Assembly (NCBI RefSeq): GCF_030028105.1
Contig: NC_092370.1
Location: 220,702,005-220,766,004 of the forward strand
Direction: 5' to 3'
Length of the DNA stretch: 64,000 nt
Source: Mobula birostris
Lineage: Eukaryota
Part shown: positions 10,968 to 22,255 of the stretch, piece by piece
Layout of the letters: each line of letters opens with the position of its first letter
How positions within the stretch are numbered: position 1 is the first letter of the stretch
Notes under the pieces: generated by a model
Seen by the model: the letters and a program-made list of their open reading frames with translations, nothing else
Told to the model about the DNA's origin: nothing
Databases searched by the model: none
Program-made: the position numbers and the translations under genes

Positions 10968-11138
10968 GTGCAGAGTCAGGAGGAGGAGAATCGTCGGCTG
11001 TGGGCTGCTGTGCGTGCCCTGGGAGAGCAACGAACGGGTAGCAGTGGGGAGAGGGTGACAGAGGCTGAAGCAGGACCTTCCCAGCCCCCCAGTCCTGCCT
11101 CACCCCCAGGCTCCGGCTCCTTCTGCCACATCGAGTAG
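10968..11138 (+). CDS. NEK9: NEK9 probable terminal coding exon (VQSQEEENRRLWAAVRAL...SGSFCHIE*)
   Basis: ctttgtctacag|GTG, open for 56 codons to TAG at 11136-11138, continues the heptad pattern. Confidence 0.65.
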   Translation: MQSQEEENRRLWAAVRALGEQRTGSSGERVTEAEAGPSQPPSPASPPGSGSFCHIE

Positions 11139-11378
11139 TGTGGGCTATCTGCCTGCCCTTACTTCCTCTGCCTCCATCCAAGTTGACACAGGACACTTCC
11201 CTGAGTGTGTCAGTGTCATGCAGCCTTCTGTGTGGCTCCCTCTCTCTCACATACACACACACATACACACACTCACTCTCACGCACTCTCTCGCTCGCAC
11301 ACACACTCGCTCACACTCTCCCGCTCGCACACACTCATTCGCTTGCACTCTCTCGCTCGCACACTCGCATACCCTTTC

Positions 11379-11561
11379 NNNNNNNNNNNNNNNNNNNNNN
11401 NNNNNNNNNNNNNNNNNNNNNNNNNNNNNNNNNNNNNNNNNNNNNNNNNNNNNNNNNNNNNNNNNNNNNNNNNNNNNNNNNNNNNNNNNNNNNNNNNNNN
11501 NNNNNNNNNNNNNNNNNNNNNNNNNNNNNNNNNNNNNNNNNNNNNNNNNNNNNNNNNNNNN
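11379..11561. other. Assembly gap (183 N) next to CA/CT simple repeat
   Basis: Run of N. Confidence 1.
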
Positions 11562-13919
11562 CCGGGATTATGAGAAAACCCTTACTACAGCAGGCTGCCA
11601 TTGGCCATGGAAGTGTTTAGCACCCAGGGGTGAGGCAGTGTGATGGTGTGTTATGTATGCGGGTGTCGACGTTGACTGGGAATGGTGTTGGAACATTTAC
11701 CTGTTCACTCCTCGCGCTGTACATGGTGAGTTTGCTTCAGTGTATATCTTTCCCAGAGGTGATCCAAGCCCACTATTTGTAGATTACGGCTTGGGTCACT
11801 TTTAAGTTCGGTGCCTTAAAGTAGTTCAGATCCACCCCGCGCTCAGCGCACTCCTGTGCCTTAGAACCAAACACCCTCAGTGAGTTTACAGTGTTGAGCA
11901 GCGCTTTGCACAGATGCCTGGGTTCGGCAGGAGAAGGGTTGGGTCTTCTCCCTGCTTCACCCCCTCTTCCCCAGCGCTGTGGGAAAAAGCAGCTAGTCGA
12001 TGGAGCAGAGTGATGGAGCAAAGGTGCAAGGAAGCCACAAATTTTCAGGCACCTTGCTAGCTGTGTGTGGGATCTCATGAACTCATGCCGTCTCTGCTGC
12101 CAGTGCGCCTGGTGTTCCTGTGTCTGGCTCAGGGCCCCAGGGAGGGTCAGTGTGACCAGGAGCAGCCCAGTGATCAGTATGAGGCATGCTGCTCCCTCCT
12201 GTTCCATCAATCCCTATGCTCTTTTTCCCACTTCACTGCGTGTCCTGGGAATATTCCCGGCTGCTGACTCGTGGGGGCCAGGAATGTTTGGAGCTGCCTC
12301 CCTCCCCTCCGTTCCCAGGCTCACATACACTCCACAGCACAGTGAGCTGAGACCTCAGACGCTAAAAGTTTGAACACTAATTTTTTTTTATGCTCATTGT
12401 TACTTTGAGAAAGGGTGTAATCAGAATTAAACAGTTTGAAATCTGCCATACTCCACCAAGCTTGTGTGACTCGGTGAATTAAAGGTGTCCTGAGTAGATG
12501 AAACTCAGTGAGGGCTGTTCGCAACAGTGAAGACATTCAGCCCATTGAGAGTCCTCCACCACTCCATCATAGCTGATTTATTATCCCTTTCAACTCTATC
12601 CTTCTGCCTTCTGCCCATAACCTTTGACACCCTTACTAATCAAGAACCTATCAACCCCCACTTTAAATATACCCAATGACTTGGCCTCCACAGCTGTCCA
12701 TGGCAGTGAATTCCACACACCCTGCACCCTCCAGCTATAGAAATTCCTCCTCATCTCTGTTCTAAAGGGGTCTCCTTGTATTCTGAGGCTACCCTCTGGT
12801 TCTAGACTCTCCCAGCTTTGGAAACGTTCTGTTCACCAGACGAGGACTCGTTCCTACTGGGGCAGGTGAGGGAGTGTGTGCAGCATTGAGGGACGGAGGG
12901 AGGGAGAGGGTGGGGAAGGGCGGCTGCACTCTGTGCCCTCACTCCTCGGAGCTGGATCCAGGGTGACGTGGCATTCTTACAGAACACTGCCAGGCTCAGC
13001 ATACACCTAGGGGACAACAGGCACTGGCGTCAGGCAAGTAGGTTGAAGCCAGAGAATAGACGGTGAGGTAGAGGTGCAGAGGTTTCTCTGGGAGCGAGAA
13101 GGTTCCCTGTGTTCCGAAAGTACAAACAGTTCATGCAGATAAGAACAGTTGTTGGCTTCACTGGTACTGGGACGGAGGGAAAACATTGGGGTTAAGTTTG
13201 AAAGTGAGTGCGAGAGAGATGGATAGGACAGAGTGAGTCTGTGATGGGGAAAGATGAGGTTGCTCAGATGATCCCAGGGCTCTGGAGCAAGGTCCATGAG
13301 GGGCAGAGAAGTCTTTCATTGCCATAAGTGGGGTAATAGATAACTAGATAGCCAATAAAGGGCACCTGGGATACGGCAGGTAATTCCCGTCCTATGAATC
13401 CAAACTTAGTGGGAGCAGCTCGCTGGGCAACATGGTCAGCATAGATGAGTTGGGCCGAAGGGCTGTTTCCATGCTGTAGGACTCTAATAAAAGATGCTCT
13501 GAGGCAAACTATCTACTGGTAGGGGTTGATTGGGATAGTCAGCCTGGCTCTGCTGGTGCGTGGCTGTGTTAATTTGCTTAGAGATAGTGAAGATCCCCAT
13601 CTACTGCCCTGCACTCATCAATATACTAATAATTCCACACAAAAAAGTAGTCCAATTCATCACACCAGGTCGGCCCTTGACACTATTCTGCTGTCAGTCT
13701 CTGATCATTCCCTGTCGAAGCAGTGTTTAATACTACAGAATATATCCCAATAACTTCTCTATTCTGACATTAGGCTCAAAGCCTTGTAATTGTCAGGCTC
13801 TATAGTAGTGACGGTACTCTACTCTACTATAGTGTTCCTGACTGTGATGGATCTTTGAAGGACTGACACAGTTGAGACGCTGTTCCTTTACGGCTACTGC
13901 CATTTGATAATACTATTTC

Positions 13920-13933
13920 TTTATTTAAATAAA
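13920..13933. terminator. Poly(A) signal for ZC2HC1C (AATAAA on - at 13920-13925); palindrome also gives AATAAA on + (13928-13933)
   Basis: TTTATTTAAATAAA is a perfect palindrome, about 130 nt beyond the ZC2HC1C stop. Confidence 0.6.
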
Positions 13934-14054
13934 TGAAGTGATACATTTTGATAAATCTCTCCTTTTGCTGGGGCTGGTGTTTTCAGCCTGGGAACAGCTC
14001 CCTCCTCCCCGCTCCCTGCTTGGTCCACTGCCCAGGGCTGGGTGAGTGGTTGAG

Positions 14055-14291
14055 CTACCTCTTGGAAGGGCCAGGCCAGCTGCGCAGACTCATGCACTTG
14101 GAGATGTGTCCCTCAGCAACGCTGTGCTCAAAGCGGCGGCTGCAGGAAGGGCACTGCATGAAGTCCGGGCGGTTTGCGCCCGCTGGTGCCGTTTGAGCTG
14201 CCTTCCTGCGGCGGTACACCTCCAACTCGGCCTGCTGGGCAGCGTGCAGCATCCGGATAAAGGAATCGTGCTTCTTCTTCCAGTTGACTTT
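14055..14291 (-). CDS. ZC2HC1C: ZC2HC1C last coding exon (second C2HC zinc finger)
   Basis: ttggcacag|AAA, 237 nt to TAG. KVNWKKKHDSFIRML...PDFMQCPSCSRRFEHSVAEGHISKC resembles human SNWRQKHESFIRTL...PDYIQCPHCSRHFAPKVAERHIPKC (recalled). Confidence 0.92.
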   Translation of the reverse strand, partial: KVNWKKKHDSFIRMLHAAQQAELEVYRRRKAAQTAPAGANRPDFMQCPSCSRRFEHSVAEGHISKCMSLRSWPGPSKR

Positions 14292-14529
14292 CTGTGCCAA
14301 GGATGAATGGGAAAAGATCTATTTCACTACCCTCCACAGTGAGCCAAGACCACCCGTCCCCACACACACAGGCAGCAGTTTACAACATCATGTGTCTATC
14401 CTGGCAACCAAGACTGTCCTGAAGGACGGGCCTGGACAACACTCCAATACAGAGTGTAGAGAATACTGGGATCAGTACTGGTGGAGACGTGTCTGTCACT
14501 GTATAACACCAGGTTACAGTATCAGTGGG

Positions 14530-15165
14530 TCATGAACAGAAACAAATCTGCAGATACTGGTGGAGGTCTTGAGCAGCACACACAAAATGCTGGAGGAATT
14601 CAGCAGGTCAGGCAGCATCTATGGAGGGATATGAACAGTTGACATTTTGGGCCAAGACCCTTCACCTGGATTGGAAAGGGAGGGGGCAGAAGCCAGAATA
14701 AGAGGATTTTGATAGGAGAGAACAGTGGACCATGGGAGAAAGGAGAGAACAGACACCAGAGGAGGGTGATGGACAGGTAACGAGAAGGGGTGAGAGGGTA
14801 ACCAGAATGGAGAATGGGAAAAGAGAAGTGGGAGAGGAGAGGAAATCGATGTTCATGCCATCAGGTAAGACAGAATATGAGGTGTGGCTCCTGAAACCTG
14901 AGAACGACCTCATTGTTGCATTAGAAGCCATGGACAGACTTTGTCAGAATGGGAATATGAAGTGAGTGACCGTTGGAAAATTCTGCCTTGTATAGTGGAC
15001 AAAGTAAAGGTGCTTGACGAAGAGGTGCCAGAAACTACATCAGGTCGTAATGATGTAGAGGAGGCCACACTGGGAACTGCAGGTATAGTAGATAACCTCA
15101 ATAAACTTGCAAGCGAAATGTTGCATCACCTGAAAAGATTATTCGGGACCCAGAATAGTAGCGAA
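14530..15165 (-). mobile_element. Penelope-like element 3' remnant
   Basis: PDGMNIDF C-terminal motif plus the shared terminal sequence at 14575-14670. Confidence 0.7.
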
Positions 15166-17700
15166 GGAGGAGGTGAATAGAGGGCCGTTCTTCTGGTTGG
15201 CTGCTGGTGGCCAGTGGTGTTCTGCAGGAGTCTGTATTGGGACAGCTTCTCTTCGCAATATAGGTCAATGATTTGGAAGATGGAATTGATGGCTGTGTGG
15301 CCAAGTTTGCAGACGATACAAAGATAGGTGGAGGGGCAGGTGGCGTTGAGCAAGCAGAGAGTCTACAGAAGGACTGATTATGAGAATGGGCAAAGAAGTG
15401 GCTGATGGAATATAGAGTAGGAAAATGTATGGTCATGCTCTTGATAGAAGGAATAGAGGCATAGACTCTTCTAAACGGAGCAAATTCAGAAATCCAGCGA
15501 TCTCTGCGGAAAGTGAAATGCGTGTGCGGGGGAGGGGGTGGTTGCTGTGGAAGATGAACTTGCTGGCAGGATCCCGTTGGAGATGGCGGAAGTTAGGGAG
15601 AATATTGTGCTACTCCGGCTTCTGCCCTCCCCCCACCTTCTAGGCCTGATGAAGGGGCTCAGCCCTAAACGTCGACTATTCATTACTCTCTATAGATGCC
15701 ACCTGACCTGCTGAGTTCTTCCAACATTTTGTGTGCGTTCCACGGTGTCGGTGGGACCGGGTCTGTTACTATATAACACCAGGGCATAGTACCGGTGGAG
15801 ATGGCATGTCTCTATGACATCGGGTATAGTGCCGGTGGAGACGGCCTGCCACTGTATAACACTGGGGTACGGTACTCCAGTGCATTTTTTTAACCAGCCC
15901 TTTGAAACTTGATTCAAGAGCTTGTCAGAGTATTTCTGAGACCCGCTCCCAACACACTCCTGTGCCATCCTTTGGGTGGAAACTGGTTAGTTTGGCACAA
16001 TGAGAGGGTGGAACAGCCTGTATCCTCTCTAACATTCACTTCTGCCCTCAGTTCTTGTTCTAAGCCTCTGCATTTCGGGTTTCTAACAACCCCAGAGTTC
16101 CACAATTTTTGCAATTCCCACAGAGAGATGAGAGACAGCCTGAGAACTGAAACACTCCATGCCAGACTTCTCTGCATCCTGTCCAGCCACTGGGCAGAGA
16201 TCTTCGCCTGTGGTCTAGCCAATGTTTACCAACATGTTTACTCAGACATTTTCTGCTCTGGCTCACACACAAAATGCTGGAGGAACTCAGCAGGTCAAAC
16301 AGCAGCTATCGAAAGTTGACGTTACCGGCCGAGACTGATGAAGGTCTGACCGGCTGATTTTCTCCAGCTTTTTTTGTGTGTTTTACTCTGGATTTCCACC
16401 AACTGCAGAATCTCTTGTGTTTATGACTCTGCTCTGACTCATTAAGCAAGTCGTCTTCACCTTTAGAGTACCCTCTGGGGCCCCAACACCAGTGAGACTT
16501 TCCAAAGTGCAAAACCTCCCACAAGTTGAGGCCCTTCCGTCCCGTGCTGACCTGTTACCCTGCCTAGTCCCATCGATCCGTACTTGGACCATGCCCCTCC
16601 CATCCACGTACCTATCCAAACTTCTTATCAATGTTGAAACCGAACCCGGATTTACCACTTCCGCTGGCAGTCCTTCCACACTCTGACCACCTTCGGAGTA
16701 AAGATCCCCTTCATCTTCCCCTTAAATATTTAACCTTTCACTCTTAACCCCCACTACCTTGAGTTCTAGTCTCACCCAAGCTCAGTGGGAAAAGCCTGCT
16801 TGCGTTTAACCTATCTATACCCCACCTAATTTTATATACCTCTATCAAATCTCCCCTCATTCTCCAACCCTCCAGAGAACAAAGTCTTAACCTATTCAAC
16901 TTTTCCTTGTCATCTCGGGTCCTCAAGTCCCGGTACAATCCTTGTAATTTTTCTCTATACTCTTCCAATCTTATTGACATCTTTCCTGTAAGTACGTGCC
17001 CAGAACTGCACACAATGTTTTCTTTTCTTTCGCCAAAGTTGGAGTATTGTGTGCAATAATATTCCACGCTGTATACACCCCACCTACATCCAAGTCGCTA
17101 ATATGAATCACAAACCAGAAGGGCCCTAGCCGCGATCTGTGCGGTGTACCACTGGTCACAGACTTCCGGTCAGCGAGATCTCCATCCATCGCCACCACCC
17201 CGCCTCCGGTTACCGAGGCCGTGTTGTGTCCATTTAACCAGCATGCCCACCCACTACAGTATACGGTTTCAGCAGGTGGGGTAAACCAGGTGAGGGTAGC
17301 CGGCGGGCCCCATACCCCGGTGAGATGGGGACATTTTTGCCCTGGCATGTGACGTCAGCTCCAGCGCCGTGGACGGATGAGATCCACCGGCCAGGAAAGC
17401 GGTTCTGCAACGCTTCGTTGAAAGCGAAGCGCCTGACAAGGCACAGAAGTCATGATCTTCCACTGCAACCAAGGAAGCCCCCAGTTGTGACGATTACTCG
17501 TACCACTGGACCCAGACCTCTGAGGTCGAGAGAGAATTGTCCTAATGCAATGGCGTTTCCATTTCAGAAGGACTCTCCCGCGCAGGTTTCAAAAACTGTC
17601 GGACAATCAATCACTCTTAGGCAATGGACTCCTGAACAGGTTTGTTTTGTCACATCCTCCCGTCCCCCTGTACACCTTCTGGGGAAGCCCCTTTCCTCAC

Positions 17701-19281
17701 CGGTATCGGAACAATCTTGTGGCTGCATTGATAGTTCTCCAGATCCGTCCCCTTGGCCCTCTTTTGCGCAGAGTCGTATATTTTCCGTTTCCGCTTGTAC
17801 ACCTTCTTGCAGATCTCCATGTGTGTGTCGAGTCGATCCAGAACGAATCGGCGGCCGCAGTACGAGCAGTGAGACTTCTCCTCGGGGGAGTAGTGTCCGT
17901 CCCAGCCCACATCCCCGCTCTGCACGCCGTCTCCGCGCTCTGTCTCATCAACTTCCGTGTTCCGTGAGTTCTGCTTCACTTCGGCTGGACTCTCGGTGTA
18001 ACCTGCAAAAGGGTTTGAGTGGTCGCAGTCGTCTTCTGCGACCTGCGGGCTCTCGTCTCTGACTGCTGCCCCTGTGTCGCTCCCTCCTTCCCTCCTGTCA
18101 CTCTCTCCTCCCGCCCTGTGGCCATTTGCACTCTCCCAGTTTCCACCACCCACTTGACTCTCTCCCCTCACCCTCACTCTATCCCTCAGCCTCACTTCTC
18201 TTTCTATTTCACCCAGCCTTTCTTTCTCCGACCTCTCCCACTTCTCCCTTTTGATCCTCTCCCTCGCCCTTCCTCTCTCTTCCCTCTCACTCCCCATTTC
18301 TCTTTTCGCTCGCTCGCCCTCCGACCAATGTCTCCCTGACTTTTCCCCTTCTGATCTTTTTGACCTGTCCCCTGTTCTTCTTGACCTTTGCCTCTCTGAT
18401 CGCCTTCTCTCTGATCTCTCCCTATCCCTTTCTGACCCCTCTCTCTCTGACCTCTCCCCCTCTGAACTTCCCCCCTCTGACCTCTCCCCCTCCGACCTGT
18501 GCCTCCCCAAACTGTCCCTCCTCTCCCACCCCCTCTCCCTCTCCCACTCCTTCTCCATCCTCATTATCTCGACGCCTTCTGCCCCCTCTTCGTCCTCCTT
18601 CTCTTCCTCCTCCTCCTCCTCAGCCTCCCGCTGCCTCTGGATGTCCCTCAGCTCCGCCTCGATCCTCCTCAGCTGCTGCTCGATGAGGTTCTCCCTGCTG
18701 CGTCCCTGGTCTGCCAGTGAGCAAGGCTGGGGCCGCTGCCCTGCCCGACCTCGGTGGCGAGGTCGCGGCGGCTCGAGCTCCGTCTCCCTGGCCTTGTCGC
18801 TGGGGGCTTTGTGTGGGGAGGGACGGTAGGTGACGCCAGGCCATGGCGGGGCTTCCTGTCGCAGGAGCCTCTGCCGGTCCGATCCAGGGCCCCCTGGGCT
18901 GACGTCGCTGCAGGGTCCGGCTGCTCTGTCGATGGGCTTCAGGGGCTGGGACCTGTCGATTCCCGGGCACCGCTTGGACCCAGGTAACCAACTGGGCTGT
19001 TGCTCTTCGGCGCGGTAAGGCTGTGGCGGGCGGGGAGCCTGGGGGAGGCAGGTGGCCCGTAGTCGGAGCAGAGCCTGGTGGTACTGCTGTCGGTATATGG
19101 CCGTCAGTTTCGCCTGTCTCTCCTTCTCCAGCCTCTGCTGCAGCCGCTCCCTCAGCACATCCAGTTTGGAAAAGCCGGGGGTTTCAGAGCTGATGGGGGG
19201 CAACTTGCTGGAGCCCCTCCCCCTGCCGATGGGGGACAGTGGGTCGATCTGTAGATAGGGGCCCATGGGCCAAACGGCCAT
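17701..19281 (-). CDS. ZC2HC1C: ZC2HC1C large first coding exon (coiled coil, charged repeat, first C2HC zinc finger)
   Basis: Acceptor ctcacag (exon starts 19297), ATG 19281, CCG|gtgagg donor at 17700, 527 codons. CSYCGRRFVLDRLDTHMEIC...KRKIYDSAQKRAKGTDLE. Tail-to-tail with NEK9 as in human. Confidence 0.92.
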
Positions 19282-20859
19282 TAACTGGCCCAGTGATCTG
19301 TGAGGGTAAGGAGAGCGAAATTATTGTTGGGTGGAGAGGGGATGGGAGGTGGAGGAGCCGGGGCAGAGGAAGTGGGACGGGGAGATAAGGCAAGGGCGGG
19401 GGTGGGGGGGGAGCGAGGAAGGGGAGACCTGACAGAAGAACCTTCATTCACAACCCCCTGCCCAACGAGGTCAGCCATAGTGTCTGTGTGGAAACAATCT
19501 CCAGAAACCCTTGGGATCCATGGCACATTGGTATCTAAGGAGAGTCGTACTGTGGGAAAAGCAGCACTGTGGCTTACACTGAGGGAGGGGTGGTAATGAA
19601 GGAGCGTCGGTACAAATGGGGATCACACTGCGGGAGAAGCGATGCTGAGGGAGCGCCGCACCCTAGAAGTAATCAGTACTTAGAGAGGACCACACTGTGG
19701 CAGGGACGGTAATGAGGTTGCGTCGTTCGTTCAGAGGGTCGGTAGTGAGGGAGTTTACGACAATGCCAGAGCACACGGGGGAAGTTAAGGTACTCAGGTA
19801 ACCCACTGCCCTTCCATCTTGCTAACGTTGGCGACATCTGTCCCTCCAATTCACTTTGACCATTGACTGTATAACCCGGCGCAGAGATCCGTTCTGCTTC
19901 TGTAGTCTCATTGGAAGATCCCTGCATCCGCCCCCGCCCCCCCCCCATGAATCTCTATATTCAGAGCTGTGACTCCCGCTCCTGACTTAAATCCTCCACG
20001 TCACACCTGAAACTTGTACAGCTCGGATCTTTAAGCTCCCAACCCTCTGTAACACCATAACCGTCGTAGGGATCAGCTGACGTCCCCGACAGCCTCCCTC
20101 ATCACCCTGGTCCCGAACCGAACTCTCTGCCCTGCCCATTCGACCATTTGTCCTTTAGATCTGGCTCAGTCTCCCCATCTGCGGCCCAATGCTCCAGTCG
20201 CCATCGACTCCTGTATACTGTATATCCATTCCCCAAGTCTAACTGATATGCGGAGAAATTTCTTTAGCCAGAGGGTGGTGAATTTGTGGAATCTGTTACC
20301 ACAGGCAGCTGTGGGGGCCAGGTCGTTGGGTGTATTTAAGGCATCAAAGGTTACGGGGAGTGGGGCTGAGGAGAGGGAAAAAGGGAACAGCCATGATTGA
20401 ATGTCGGAGCAGAATCGATGGGCCAAATGGCCTATTTCTGCTCCTATGTCTTATGATATAACTGCTCACCAGTTACTTGGTGAATGCCGTCCTCAATTTG
20501 AAACCCCGGGCAAAGTCATTCCTTTCTGGGGGGGGGGGGGTGGCGGGGAGGTTGGAGTGAATGCAAAAGATCAACTGTTGTTAGTGCCCTGGGGGGCATC
20601 TGGGCCCAGCGCGTTATCCACTTTCTTAGGTGCTGAACTTCCGCATCTCCCGACCTCCTCCCAAAATAGACAACCCCTCTTTAATATCCCCAATTGACTA
20701 CTAATTTCACTTCCCTCACCCCCACCCCTTCTCTCCCCCATCCCACCCCTTCCCTCTCTCCATCGCACCCCCCATCCCTCTCTCCAACGCTCACTCCCCC
20801 AAGGAAATTTTTCTCGGAAAGTAGTTTTACAGACCTGGGACCTATTCCTTCTGCAGCTA

Positions 20860-21115
20860 CATCGGGTCTGGATACCGATCCGGTTTCTCTCAGATTCCCC
20901 GTGTCTCTGATCTGGTTACACCCACATACGTTTTCCCTAACCCTGTTTCTCTCTGCGATCCGGTTTATGTGCTTCTGTTTCTGTGATCAGGTTACACTCC
21001 GATACTGTTTCCTTGACCCGGTTTCTCTTTCCGATCCGATTACACTCTGAATCGGTTACACTCCGATCCGGTTACACGCAGATACTCTTTCTCTGACTCT
21101 CCGATCTAGTTACTC
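20860..21115. repeat. Degenerate GATCCGGTT(T/A)C short tandem repeat
   Basis: About 12 variants of GATCCGGTTTCTCT / GATCCGGTTACACTCC. Confidence 0.7.
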
Positions 21116-21124
21116 GGGTCTCTG

Positions 21125-21180
21125 TCAGTTTCCTGTTGTTTACACCGGTTGCCGGGATACTGCATGATGTCACCTGACCT
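21125..21180 (-). promoter_or_regulatory. Candidate ZC2HC1C promoter module: forkhead site, RFX X-box, CRE-like site
   Basis: TGTTTAC 21137-21143, GTTGCCGGGATAC 21148-21160, TGATGTCA 21165-21172; 1.9 kb upstream of the ATG and just before repeat DNA begins. Confidence 0.55.
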
Positions 21181-21239
21181 GTTGCTGCTTTCAGAAGCAA
21201 CGGAAAGAAGCGGCAAAGATGCGTACCGAACGATACATC

Positions 21240-22255
21240 CCATAATGATTTTCAGAAGGCTGTTGACAAGGTGCAGCATATGAGGCTGCTAAATAAGACA
21301 TTATATGGTAATACAGGAAAGATACTATCATGAATTGAAGATTGGCAGAAGGGAAAGAGTGGGGAGCCTTTTCTAATTGGCTGCCGGTGACGAGTGGTGT
21401 TCCGTGGGGGGATCTGAGTTGGGACCGTTTCCTTTCACATTAAATGCCAATGATTTGGATGACGGAACTGATGCCTTTGTTGTCAAGTTTGCGGACGATA
21501 CGTAGATAGGTGAAGGGGCAGGTAGGGTTGAGGAACTGGGGAGTGTGCAGAAGGACTTAGGTTAAGAGAATGGACCATGAAGTGGCAGACGGAATACAGT
21601 GTAGATGAAGCACTTTGGTAGATTTTCTAAACGAGGAAAAAATTCAGAAATTAGAGGTGCAATATTCCCTAAGGGTTAACTGCAGCTGGAAGGTAAGTGC
21701 AATGTTTCCATTCATTTCGAGAAGACAAATATGAACGCAGGGATGTAATGCTGAACGATTGGTCATACCCCACGGAGTATTGTGAGCAGATTTGGGCCCC
21801 TCATTTAAGAAAAGATGATCTGCATTGGTCCAGAGGAGGTTCAGGAGAATAAACCCAGAAATGAAAAGGTTAACGTATGAGGCGCGATTAGTGGCTCTGG
21901 GCCTGTACTCGTTGGAGTTTAGATCAATGAGCGAGGATCTCATTGAAACCTATTGAATATTGAAAGTCACGGAGAGGATGTTTCCTATACTCAGGGAGTC
22001 TAGAAGCAGAGGGCACAGTATCAAAGTCATCCCTTTAGAACAGAGATGAGGAAGTTCGTTTAGCCAGAGGGTGGTGAATCTGTGGAATTCATTGTCAATT
22101 TAAGCGGGGTTTAATTGGTTCTTTATTTGGGTGCCAAAGGTTACGGGGAGAAGACAGGAGAATGGAGTAGAGAAGGATACTAAAGCCATGATAGAATGGC
22201 GGAGCAGATTCGGTGGGCCAAATGGCCTAAATGGCTCCCGTATCTTATTGTCTTT
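21240..22255 (+). mobile_element. CR1 LINE 3' portion, degenerate
   Basis: Remnants of DFQKAFDKV, SGVP.G and KFADDT, then the CR1 3' end shared with other copies. Confidence 0.85.
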
